The notes beneath the pieces were generated by a model that had not been told where the DNA came from, ran no database searches, and was given only the letters and a program-made list of their open reading frames with translations. Shown here in pieces: positions 27,049-35,356 of a stretch of DNA of 42,215 bases. Source of the DNA: Candidatus Woesearchaeota archaeon (lineage in GTDB: Archaea > Nanobdellota > Nanobdellia > Pacearchaeales > GW2011-AR1); the NCBI GenBank assembly GCA_964424875.1, contig CAYRKK010000002.1, positions 1 to 42,215 of the forward strand, read 5' to 3'. Made by a program: the position numbers and the translations under genes. Numbering within the stretch: position 1 is the stretch's first letter; the number at the start of each line of letters is the position of its first letter.

Positions 27049-28986
27049 TTATTTTTCACCAATCACCCCCTTCACCTCCCCCACAACATCAGGATTAACC
27101 AATGTCATCAAACCTTTTGGTTGTTCACCACTAAGCAAATTCTTAAGAATCCGACGCATAATTTTACCACTTCGAGTCTTAGGCAAATCTTTGACAAAAT
27201 AAACTTTTGCAGGACGAGCAGTAGGTCCAATCTTTAAATCAACATGTTTTTTTATTCCAGCAACCAACTTCTCACTTCCCTCACCTTTTTTTAAAACACA
27301 AAAAGCAACAGGAACCTCTCCTTTAATTTTATCAGGAATAGGAACAACAGCACACTCATTTACTAATTTATGTTCATTAATTGCATTTTCAAGTTCAGCA
27401 GTTGATAGCCTATGTCCTGCAACTTTCATAACATCATCTGTTCTTCCAGTTATTCTAATTAATCCATCTTTATTTACAAAAGCCCCATCACTTGTGTCAT
27501 AATAAGGTTTTTTAAATTTCTTTAAATAATTCCAATAAGTCTCAACATATTTTTTATGATTTTTATAAACTCCATGCAGCATTCCAGGAGCAAACGGCGA
27601 AGTCTGAACTAAAAATCCTAACTCTCCTTTCTTTTTTTCTTTCCCTTTTTCATCAACAACAATATGTTTTGTTCCGGGAAAATTTTTTCCAGCAATAGTT
27701 GGAACAAAAGGTCCAATTCCAGGAAGAACATTAATCAAAGTTCCGCCTGTTTCTGTCTGCCACCAAGTATCAATAATAGGACATCTTCCACCCCCTATTT
27801 TATCTAAATACCATTTCCAAGCATCTACATCAATTGGTTCACCAACAGTTCCTAAAATTTTTAAACTATCTAATTTATATTTGTCAATCCATTTATCTCC
27901 AATTTTCATAAACATTCTAATTGCTGTTGGTGCAGTATAAAAAACACTAACTTTATTTTCTTTAATTATTTTCCACCATCTTCCAGCATCAGGAAAATCA
28001 GGACTTCCTTCATAAATTAAGCTTGTTGAACCATTTAATAAAGGTCCATAAAATGCATAAGTATGTCCTGTTATCCACCCAATATCAGCAGTACACCACA
28101 TAACATCATCCTCATGCAAATTAAAATCCCATTTTGCTGTTAAATAAGCTTGAACAGCGTAACCTCCTGTATCATGAACAATTCCTTTTGGCTTTCCAGT
28201 AGTTCCTGAAGTATATAATAGAAACATTGTATCTTCTGAATTAACACTAACAGGTTCACATTCACTATCTGCTTTTTTCATCTCTTTATTAAAATTTTTA
28301 AATTTCCCAATAAAAACTTTTTTACCTAATCTGGGAACAACAATAACTTTCTTAACTGTTGTACCTTTAATAGCTTTTTTTGCTTTTTTAAATAAATCTT
28401 CTTTTTTACCTCTGCGATAATATCCATCAGCAGTAATCAACAGTTTTGCTTTTCCATCTTCAATTCTTGCTTTAAGAGCATCTGCTGAAAATGCACTAAA
28501 AACAACAGAATGAATTGCACCAATCCTTGTGCAGGCTAACATTGCAATTAAAGCTTCAGGAATCATAGGAAGATAAATTGCAACAACATCTCCTTTTTTA
28601 ATATTATATTTTTTTAAAACATTTGCAAACTTGCAAACCTTTTCATGCAGTTCTTTATAGCTCCATTTTATTGCCTTCTCATTAACAGGTTCAGGAACCC
28701 AAATCAAAGCAGTCTTATCACCTTTCTCATCCAACCATCTGTCAACACAATTATAACAAAAATTTAATTTACCATTAACAAACCATTTAAAATAAGGAAG
28801 TTTTTCTTCATAAGCTTTTGTCCATTTTTTATCCCAACTAATACCTTCCTTAGCCCCATCCTCCCAAAACTTCACAGGATTTTTTTCAGCCTCTCTATAA
28901 ACCTTCTCATCCTTAACCCAAGCTATTTTTTTCATTTCAGAACTTGGCCAATACTTTCCTGCTTTTTTTACAATATATTTCACCAT
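27049..28986 (-). CDS. acs: acetyl-CoA synthetase (AMP-forming)
   Basis: YTSGTTGKPKG, TWWQTETGG and PKTRSGKIMRR motifs. The track start at 28995 is TTG, so I moved the start to the ATG at 28986 (MVKYIVKK). Confidence 0.92.
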   Translation of the reverse strand: MVKYIVKKAGKYWPSSEMKKIAWVKDEKVYREAEKNPVKFWEDGAKEGISWDKKWTKAYEEKLPYFKWFVNGKLNFCYNCVDRWLDEKGDKTALIWVPEPVNEKAIKWSYKELHEKVCKFANVLKKYNIKKGDVVAIYLPMIPEALIAMLACTRIGAIHSVVFSAFSADALKARIEDGKAKLLITADGYYRRGKKEDLFKKAKKAIKGTTVKKVIVVPRLGKKVFIGKFKNFNKEMKKADSECEPVSVNSEDTMFLLYTSGTTGKPKGIVHDTGGYAVQAYLTAKWDFNLHEDDVMWCTADIGWITGHTYAFYGPLLNGSTSLIYEGSPDFPDAGRWWKIIKENKVSVFYTAPTAIRMFMKIGDKWIDKYKLDSLKILGTVGEPIDVDAWKWYLDKIGGGRCPIIDTWWQTETGGTLINVLPGIGPFVPTIAGKNFPGTKHIVVDEKGKEKKKGELGFLVQTSPFAPGMLHGVYKNHKKYVETYWNYLKKFKKPYYDTSDGAFVNKDGLIRITGRTDDVMKVAGHRLSTAELENAINEHKLVNECAVVPIPDKIKGEVPVAFCVLKKGEGSEKLVAGIKKHVDLKIGPTARPAKVYFVKDLPKTRSGKIMRRILKNLLSGEQPKGLMTLVNPDVVGEVKGVIGEK

Positions 28987-29167
28987 CTTTTTCAATAAGA
29001 ATAATTAAAACAACTTTATAAAACTTTTTGAAATAAAAAAATTAAGAATCAAAAAAAGAAAAAGAAAGAATTCCCAAAACAAATAAATATGTTTTAAGTT
29101 TAACAAAAGATGAGGGAGATGTTTTGATGATATTGAGCAGGGTTGTTAAGAAATAATATCATTATTT

Positions 29168-30376
29168 TTATTTCTCATGAAAACTTGCTAGCCCTTCAAA
29201 TCCTACACCAAACTCACCCCACATATGACTATGAGCATGAAAAGAAACTGCACGAATCTCCAATTGATGCCTTATACCTTTATCAAGTAAATCACCTTCA
29301 TCTACTTCTCTTAAAATTCCATCAATACTAAATCGTTTATTAAAATATCTTTCACCACGAAAAGATGCTGTTCTAAAGACACCTTGACTATCCATACATG
29401 GAAGAATTCCTTCAGGAATACTATCTAACTCAGCTAAAGGTCTTGGTAATCCTTCCTCTGAATTAAACAACATGTCATGATATACCCAAACATCTGCACC
29501 AGAATCCTCACCAACTAACTTATCATCTAAAAATTGAAAATGATTTCCTAACCTAACAGGATTAGATGCTTCTGATAAATGTCTAGAACCTAACCAATTA
29601 CAACCATTTCCTAAATAATTTGCAACAGCTATAATTTCATTATGAATAGTAATTCTCTTAAATCTTTTATATTCCTCCATAGACCCTAAATCGTTAAATC
29701 TACTTAAATCAAAAAAAGCTTCTGCTTGTTCTATAGTTAAATCAGAATTTTTTCCATGTGGTTTTATTTCATTTCTCACCCATCTTATAGGGTCACTACC
29801 ATCTGGTTTTAGTCCTACTCTATGCCGATAACCATTAGGATTATGTATAAGTTGGAATGGAAGTTTTGCTTCACAGCAAGGCATATCACAAATATCTCTT
29901 ATTGTTTCTCCAGGAACCATATCTGAAATGTCTACTACGCGAATTTCTGCTCTTTTTAAGCATGGACTCTCTGAACCTAACCTCCTAGTTTCTTCTACAA
30001 CATAAGGACAGCTAGGGTCTCCATGATATGGACCTGCATACTGAGTACCTAATAAAATTGCCTGTCCACCATTAAGAACTGGCAATTCAACACCTTCAGG
30101 CAAGGCAGGAGATTCATAACCATCACAAACCCTTTTGGGTGCAATATTCCAACTACTAGACATAGTGCTAAATCCACCCATATATTCTCCAAGCTTTACT
30201 CTTCTAAATCTCTGTGGATGTTCACAATAAGCAGTTTCATCAAACTTCAACCCTCCTACCTGATGCATACAAGAACCACAATTAACATAATTCTGAGCTC
30301 CATTTCTTGGATTATGTTCTCTTGACTTTCTAAATCTGAATTCTCTATTAAAATCTTCTTTTTTTAACTTTGACAT
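29168..30376 (-). CDS. orphan cysteine-rich hypothetical protein (402 aa), co-directional with and upstream of acs
   Basis: Long clean ORF with CGSC, CEH, CPY, CDMPCCE and other Cys/His clusters. Composition and local GC look higher than the surroundings. No family recognised. Confidence 0.6.
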   Translation of the reverse strand: MSKLKKEDFNREFRFRKSREHNPRNGAQNYVNCGSCMHQVGGLKFDETAYCEHPQRFRRVKLGEYMGGFSTMSSSWNIAPKRVCDGYESPALPEGVELPVLNGGQAILLGTQYAGPYHGDPSCPYVVEETRRLGSESPCLKRAEIRVVDISDMVPGETIRDICDMPCCEAKLPFQLIHNPNGYRHRVGLKPDGSDPIRWVRNEIKPHGKNSDLTIEQAEAFFDLSRFNDLGSMEEYKRFKRITIHNEIIAVANYLGNGCNWLGSRHLSEASNPVRLGNHFQFLDDKLVGEDSGADVWVYHDMLFNSEEGLPRPLAELDSIPEGILPCMDSQGVFRTASFRGERYFNKRFSIDGILREVDEGDLLDKGIRHQLEIRAVSFHAHSHMWGEFGVGFEGLASFHEK

Positions 30377-30637
30377 CTTATTAGATTATTAAATATCAAT
30401 ATTTAACCATTATTGTGATAAAGTTAATACTCCTATTTTATGATTTTAACCCCTCTAACTGAACAACATTACTTAACATTCCCTTTAATTCTTCTTTAAC
30501 CTTAACCATAATATTTTGCATTTCTAATTTTAATTTATCTTCTCTTAATTTAAATTGTTGTTTTACCTTTTGTAGTTCTTCTTTTAAGTCATTAATATTT
30601 GCTTTCCAAAATTTTCCATCAAAAATCTTTCGCTTGT

Positions 30638-30677
30638 CATCGTATAAAAATACATGAATCTATACGATGGTATCGTA
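30638..30677 (+). promoter_or_regulatory. nested ATCGTA/TACGAT palindromes just upstream of the ATPase gene TATA box
   Basis: catcgtata (30638..30646) and tatacgatg (30661..30669) form a 9-bp inverted repeat. tacgat-ggt-atcgta (30663..30677) is a second palindrome. Confidence 0.5.
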
Positions 30678-30680
30678 AAG

Positions 30681-30688
30681 TTTAAATA
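30681..30688 (+). promoter_or_regulatory. candidate TATA box of the AAA+ ATPase gene
   Basis: tttaaata is centred about 25 nt upstream of the ATG at 30710. Confidence 0.45.
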
Positions 30689-30709
30689 GCCATAAATTAT
30701 TGTTTTTAT

Positions 30710-31861
30710 ATGGAATCAGAACTTTATAAACAAAATCCATGGTGGGAAGGAAAATTTAAAATTGAAAGCATTCTTAGAGAAAGCTATCTTAAGAAACTAA
30801 TTGATAATTTAGGAAATAAAGAAATATTATTTTTAACTGGTTTGAGAAGAATAGGAAAAACAACAATAATGAAACAATTAATCAAACATTTGCTAAATAA
30901 AAATAACCCCAGTAATATTTTATATGTTAGTTTAGATTCATTCAACTTATCTAAATTCTCAATTCATGATATAATTGAAAAATATAGGGAGATTCACAAG
31001 AAAAAAATTGGAGATAAATTTTATTTATTTCTTGATGAAGTTGCTGAAAAAAATAATTTTGAACAAGAACTAAAAAGCCTATATGATTCTGAAAATATTA
31101 AAATAATTTGTTCATCTTCTAAAGCAACATTAATGATGGATAAAAGAGCTTATCTTACAGGTAGAACAAAAACATTAGAAATAATGCCTTTAACATTTCA
31201 GGAATTTTTGATTTTCAAAAAAGCCAATATTAAAAAAGCAGATAAAGCTATTTTAAATTCTTATTTTAAGGATTATCTAAGAATAGGAGGGATACCTTAC
31301 TATGTCCTAACTCAAGATAGGGAATATCTAAATGAGTTAATTCAAAATATAATCTATAAAGATATAATCGCTCAATATAAAATATCTAATGAAAAAGTAA
31401 TAAAAGAAATGTTCAACTTATTATGCGAAAGAGTAGGAAAAATAATTAGTTATAATAAAATAGCACATATATTAGGAATCTCTGTTGACAGTGTAAAAAG
31501 ATATATTGGTTATTTTGAAAAATCCTATCTTTTCTACACAGTAGATAGACATTCTAAATCCTTAAATGAGAGAGTTACTTCACCTAAAAAAATTTACATA
31601 GGTGATATTGGAATAAAAAATTTAATAACTGGATTCAAAGACCTGGGGTCAAGTTACGAGAATCTTGTCTTTCTTAAAATTAAAAATAAAGAACCTTTTT
31701 ACTATAAAGAAGATGTAATTGAAATAGATTTTATTGGTAAAGATTTTTTAATTGAAGCCAAATATAACAAGGAAATAGAAAACAAACAAAAAAAAGTCTT
31801 TGATAAGATAAAAAAGAAAAACAAGATTATTGCAGATGGAATAAATTTTTTTATTAAATAA
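30710..31861 (+). CDS. AAA+ ATPase of the COG1373 / DUF4143 type
   Basis: N-terminal NPWW, P-loop GLRRIGKTT and Walker B LFLDEV. The C-terminal part is typical of DUF4143 proteins. Confidence 0.85.
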   Translation: MESELYKQNPWWEGKFKIESILRESYLKKLIDNLGNKEILFLTGLRRIGKTTIMKQLIKHLLNKNNPSNILYVSLDSFNLSKFSIHDIIEKYREIHKKKIGDKFYLFLDEVAEKNNFEQELKSLYDSENIKIICSSSKATLMMDKRAYLTGRTKTLEIMPLTFQEFLIFKKANIKKADKAILNSYFKDYLRIGGIPYYVLTQDREYLNELIQNIIYKDIIAQYKISNEKVIKEMFNLLCERVGKIISYNKIAHILGISVDSVKRYIGYFEKSYLFYTVDRHSKSLNERVTSPKKIYIGDIGIKNLITGFKDLGSSYENLVFLKIKNKEPFYYKEDVIEIDFIGKDFLIEAKYNKEIENKQKKVFDKIKKKNKIIADGINFFIK

Positions 31862-31975
31862 TGCCCAAATTAAAATACAAATTTATAAATCAAAAATTAT
31901 TTAAATACAATCAACTCAATAAAATTAAGGATATTCAAGATCTAGCTCGAGCGAAAGCGCCTTGCTTGAACATTG

Positions 31976-32000
31976 AGGGCCTCTTTGCCCTAATCCTTTT
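31976..32000 (+). terminator. hairpin plus T-run downstream of the ATPase gene
   Basis: agggc-ctctttg-ccct is followed by aatcctttttt. It is preceded by a GC-rich stem ttcaag ... cttgaa (31934..31970). Confidence 0.35.
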
Positions 32001-32001
32001 T

Positions 32002-32328
32002 TCACCTTTTACATTTCTTTTTCCCTTTCAGCTTCGCAATAACAAAACCAATCAAAGCCCCAATTATAAAATTTATTACAAAACCGATTATAGATATTAT
32101 TAAAAAATTATTTGTTGGACATTCATTAATATTACATGCAATAATTGGATTTAATAAAAGAGATATTAAATAAGCTAGGATTAACACATAACTTGCAAGA
32201 ATAAATCCAAAAACAGTATCTCCAAAAAAGAGAAGCATAAAAAAACTAAATAAATAAACCATAGTTAAAATTGCTCCGCCCTTGTACCATGGGGGACATT
32301 TTTTCCAGTTTTTTGATATCCATTTCAT
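32002..32328 (-). CDS. small membrane protein (108 aa, about 3 TM)
   Basis: Hydrophobic ORF whose start overlaps the upstream ORF stop. Last gene of the CYTH operon. Confidence 0.5.
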   Translation of the reverse strand: MKWISKNWKKCPPWYKGGAILTMVYLFSFFMLLFFGDTVFGFILASYVLILAYLISLLLNPIIACNINECPTNNFLIISIIGFVINFIIGALIGFVIAKLKGKKKCKR

Positions 32329-32600
32329 TTATAACTCCTTAACCATATTTTCTTAAAAAAAGGTAAAGTTAAAGTAGAAAGCATAAATGCAACAGCAGGA
32401 ACAATAGCATTTAACCAAGGAGAAGGAACATTAATAACTTGAAGATAAATTCCAATAGCTAAATAAGTAAATATCATAAGCAGAATTTTTCTTGTATAGC
32501 TAGTTTCCCAAGCTTTATCTGTCTCAACTTTTCTATTTCTTTCTTTTATTTCTTTAAGCACATTATTAATATTATCTTTTCCCATCTTCAATCCAACCAA
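32325..32600 (-). CDS. small membrane protein (91 aa, 2 TM)
   Basis: Charged N-terminus then two hydrophobic helices. Overlaps both neighbours. Confidence 0.5.
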   Translation of the reverse strand: MVGLKMGKDNINNVLKEIKERNRKVETDKAWETSYTRKILLMIFTYLAIGIYLQVINVPSPWLNAIVPAVAFMLSTLTLPFFKKIWLRSYK

Positions 32601-33184
32601 TACCTTTTATCTTTAATTCCCTTTTCCCACAACATTCTTGTATACCCAACATTTGTCACATCTTTAAAATCAATTTCTAATTCTTTTAAAATATCATAAA
32701 CCATTTTAACAGCTTTTTTCATCTCTCTTTTTTCAGCAATATATTCAATCTCCATAAAATAACCCAAATGCCTGACTTTATTTATTTCAATATTGACTTT
32801 TTTGTTCGCCCGATAAGTATAAGACTCAGAAATCTTAAACTTCTTTAACCATTGTTTAAAACCCAAATCAAACATCAAAGCCAAAAACTTATCAGGAGAT
32901 TTTGTTTCAAATTCATATTCCTCCTTAATAACAATCTCTTTTGTCCAATACTTTCTCAACCAGTGTTTAAAATTAATAACATAACTCTCTCCATTATCCC
33001 TAATTCTAAAAGCTTTTTTAGGATATCTTCTAACAGCCCCAGTTCTCTTTAATGGAATAGCAAAATAATCATCAGACTTACTTTTCTTTTTACTAAACTT
33101 AGCAATTTTTAAAATTCTTTTCCTAAGTCCAGCAACCTCTTTAGGTTTTAACTTAACTTTAGTCTCAACCTCTAATTGCACCAT
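32588..33184 (-). CDS. CYTH-domain protein (CyaB-like class IV adenylyl cyclase / triphosphate tunnel metalloenzyme)
   Basis: N-terminal LEVETKVKL is the ExExK motif. Also FRIRDNG and LGYFMEIEY blocks. Confidence 0.75.
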   Translation of the reverse strand: MVQLEVETKVKLKPKEVAGLRKRILKIAKFSKKKSKSDDYFAIPLKRTGAVRRYPKKAFRIRDNGESYVINFKHWLRKYWTKEIVIKEEYEFETKSPDKFLALMFDLGFKQWLKKFKISESYTYRANKKVNIEINKVRHLGYFMEIEYIAEKREMKKAVKMVYDILKELEIDFKDVTNVGYTRMLWEKGIKDKRYWLD

Positions 33185-33279
33185 TTTAACCTCTTTAATT
33201 TCTTTAACCTCTTTTATATCTCATTTAGTAAATCCATATATTTAAACATTACTAAAAATTAGATTTTGTATAGCCTACA

Positions 33280-33458
33280 GACATATCAGGCTGTCCTGTA
33301 ATTAAATAAAAAAAAGACCACATCTCCACCCTGAGATCTTATCAAACATTAATGGATTAGTATTAATGAGAAAAAATATATGGCTGAATGGTTTATCCTG
33401 AACCATACAACCAATCATTTACAACAATTTTTAAATATACTCATTTTTAGATTTATTA
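33280..33458 (-). repeat. intergenic repeat family B, copy B2 (inverted relative to B1; far end degenerate)
   Basis: gacatatcaggctgtcctgtaattaaataaaaaaaagacc ... is the reverse complement of the right part of B1. Similarity fades near the pduL ATG. Confidence 0.7.
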
Positions 33459-33460
33459 TA

Positions 33461-34042
33461 ATGATAGACTTTAAAAAAATAAAAGTAGAAATTTCAAATA
33501 GACATATTCATTTAAAACCTAAACATGTTGACACTTTATTTGGAGAAGGTTATGAATTAAAAGTCCATAAAGAATTATCTCAACCAGGACAATTCTCAAG
33601 TTTTGAAAAAGTAACTTTAGTAAATGGATTAAAAAAAATTAACAATGTAAGAATTTTAGGCCCACCACGTAATGAAACTCAAATTGAGATATCAAGAACA
33701 GATTCATTTTTTTTAAAACTTAATCCTCCAGTTAGATTATCCGGAGATTTAGAAGAATCCCCAGGAATTATTATCCTTGGTCCAAAAGGCAAAATTGAAA
33801 TAAATAAAGGAGTAATAATAGCCCATAGGCATTTGCATCTTTCTCATGAAGAAGCAGAAAAACTAAAAATCATGCATGGACAAATAATTAAAATTAAAGT
33901 TCCAGGAATTAAAGAAACTATTTTCAACAATGTTATTGCAAGAGTTCAACCTAAATATAGATTAGCATTTCATATAGACCGTGACGAAGGAAATGCCTGT
34001 TTTTTAGAACCAGGAACTTTTGCAGAATTAATTATGGAATGA
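33461..34042 (+). CDS. pduL: PduL-type phosphate acyltransferase (phosphotransacetylase/propanoyltransferase)
   Basis: ISNRHIHL, SQPGQF, VRILGP, TQIEISRTD, PVRLSGD, AHRHLHL and HIDRDEGNA blocks. Start moved to the internal ATG at 33461 because the upstream 27 codons lie inside repeat B2. Confidence 0.9.
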   Translation: MIDFKKIKVEISNRHIHLKPKHVDTLFGEGYELKVHKELSQPGQFSSFEKVTLVNGLKKINNVRILGPPRNETQIEISRTDSFFLKLNPPVRLSGDLEESPGIIILGPKGKIEINKGVIIAHRHLHLSHEEAEKLKIMHGQIIKIKVPGIKETIFNNVIARVQPKYRLAFHIDRDEGNACFLEPGTFAELIME

Positions 34043-34082
34043 GACAAAATAAATTATTTTAAAAAAATACACAGCCAGCAGG

Positions 34083-34191
34083 TCCTAAAAAATCAAAGAT
34101 TTTTTGGAACCATCAAAAATGATAAACATTTTTGTGGCCACAAAAACCATAAAAGTTTTTGATGGCTTCAACTTCAAATAGAAAGTTGAAG
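34083..34191. terminator. cluster of four AT-rich hairpins in the convergent intergenic region
   Basis: Hairpins lie at 34083..34108, 34110..34165 (two adjacent hairpins that can also refold as one nested structure around the palindrome tttttgtggccacaaaaa) and 34166..34191 (cttcaactt/aagttgaag). Confidence 0.4.
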
Positions 34192-34253
34192 TAATCAAAC
34201 CCACTAACTCCAAAAGTCAAATTAACAGACAGCGTTTCACAAGGGAAGTATCT

Positions 34254-34577
34254 TCAGATAACAACACTTTCTACTATTTCACAAGGGGTTTCTTTTGTAA
34301 AAGTAAAATTAGCATTTCTAAATTGTTTTTCAACTAAATTAAACATAGACTTCACCTCATTAGACATATTTTTTTCTAACAAATTCTTATTACTATTTTC
34401 TCTTAGTTTAAGATATTCAGCAGCACTTGATCTAGAGATAAATATAATATTTTTAAAATCAATAGTGATTTCATCATCTTTTAAATTATTTATCTTTTCA
34501 TTAAAAAAAGAAGCAATGCTATTTCTAGTTAAGATATTTTCTCCAAATTCTTTATTTAATAATATTTTTTTTATCAT
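34254..34577 (-). CDS. STAS-like DUF4325 protein
   Basis: EITIDFKNIIFISRSSAAEYL fits the DUF4325 pattern (.lDF.gv..is.sF.dE). It starts 2 nt after the stop of the GHKL ATPase gene. Confidence 0.6.
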   Translation of the reverse strand: MIKKILLNKEFGENILTRNSIASFFNEKINNLKDDEITIDFKNIIFISRSSAAEYLKLRENSNKNLLEKNMSNEVKSMFNLVEKQFRNANFTFTKETPCEIVESVVI

Positions 34578-34578
34578 T

Positions 34579-35208
34579 CTATTCTAAATAAGGATAGATA
34601 TTTAAATCTTTTTCAGGGGTTTTTAATTTTAGATATATCATTGTCCCATCTAATTTTCCTTTTTTAAAGTCAATAATATCAATTGAGGAATTTGATATTA
34701 TTAACATCCCTTCCCTTGAAATTATTTTTATTTCCCCTCTTAATGCTTTAACAATCGCTCTAGTAGTTCTAAGTCCAAAACCCCTTGAAATATCCTCCTG
34801 CTTAGTGGTCTTTCCTTCTAATGCCATCTTTATTGCATCACTATCTTTTGAATAATTAATATTATTTTTTTCAAAAACAACTGGAATACTTAATCCATCA
34901 TCAAATACTCCTATTTCTAAACATTTTTCTTTTGCATCATATCTAACAAATAAAAAAGCCTCTGCATAATTAGAGTGCTGTTCAATATTATCAGTTAATT
35001 CACTTAAAATATATGGAATACTACTTTCAAATGTTTTCGGAATCTTAGTCTTAATATCAATTAATAATCTATTAATCTCTTCATCCATTTTTTTACTTCT
35101 ATCTATATGAATTTTTAATGGATAAGGGAAACCCATTTTTTTAATATGTTTTTGAATTGATTCATCTAAATCATTTATTTTTCCAAAAAAATTTTCATTA
35201 ATTGCCAT
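34579..35208 (-). CDS. GHKL-superfamily ATPase, SpoIIAB/RsbW-like (anti-sigma-type kinase fold)
   Basis: N box ELTDNIEQHS, G1 box DDGLSIP and G2 box RGFGLRT. Confidence 0.7.
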   Translation of the reverse strand: MAINENFFGKINDLDESIQKHIKKMGFPYPLKIHIDRSKKMDEEINRLLIDIKTKIPKTFESSIPYILSELTDNIEQHSNYAEAFLFVRYDAKEKCLEIGVFDDGLSIPVVFEKNNINYSKDSDAIKMALEGKTTKQEDISRGFGLRTTRAIVKALRGEIKIISREGMLIISNSSIDIIDFKKGKLDGTMIYLKLKTPEKDLNIYPYLE

Positions 35209-35242
35209 TTTAATACCTTAAAATTTATTTATTTAAATTTTA

Positions 35243-35323
35243 CGCCAACACCCGGAATCGAACCGGGGCACCCCGAAGGGTCCGGCTTAGCAAGCCGGTG
35301 CAATACCATTATGCGATGTTGGC
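35243..35323 (-). tRNA. tRNA-Ser (anticodon GCU)
   Basis: The reverse complement folds as a cloverleaf. Acceptor stem is GCCAACA/TGTTGGC. The anticodon stem CCGGC/GCCGG has loop TTGCTAA. There is a long variable arm ACCC-TTCG-GGGT and a T arm CCCGG-TTCGATT-CCGGG. No CCA is encoded. Confidence 0.9.
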
Positions 35324-35346
35324 ATGAATATGAGTGACTTTTTGGT

Positions 35347-35355
35347 AATTTAAAG
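35347..35355 (-). promoter_or_regulatory. candidate TATA box of tRNA-Ser
   Basis: Minus-strand ctttaaatt is centred about 28 nt upstream of tRNA position 1. Confidence 0.4.
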
Positions 35356-35356
35356 C

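Noticed and set aside
30470-30660. Minus-strand coiled-coil-like reading frame (..DKRKIFDGKFWKANINDLKEELQKVKQQFKLREDKLKLEMQNIMVKVKEELKGMLSNVVQLEGLKS*)
   Set aside because: There is no in-frame ATG, GTG or TTG near its 5' end after the preceding TAG. It is possibly a decayed gene fragment and is not called as a CDS.
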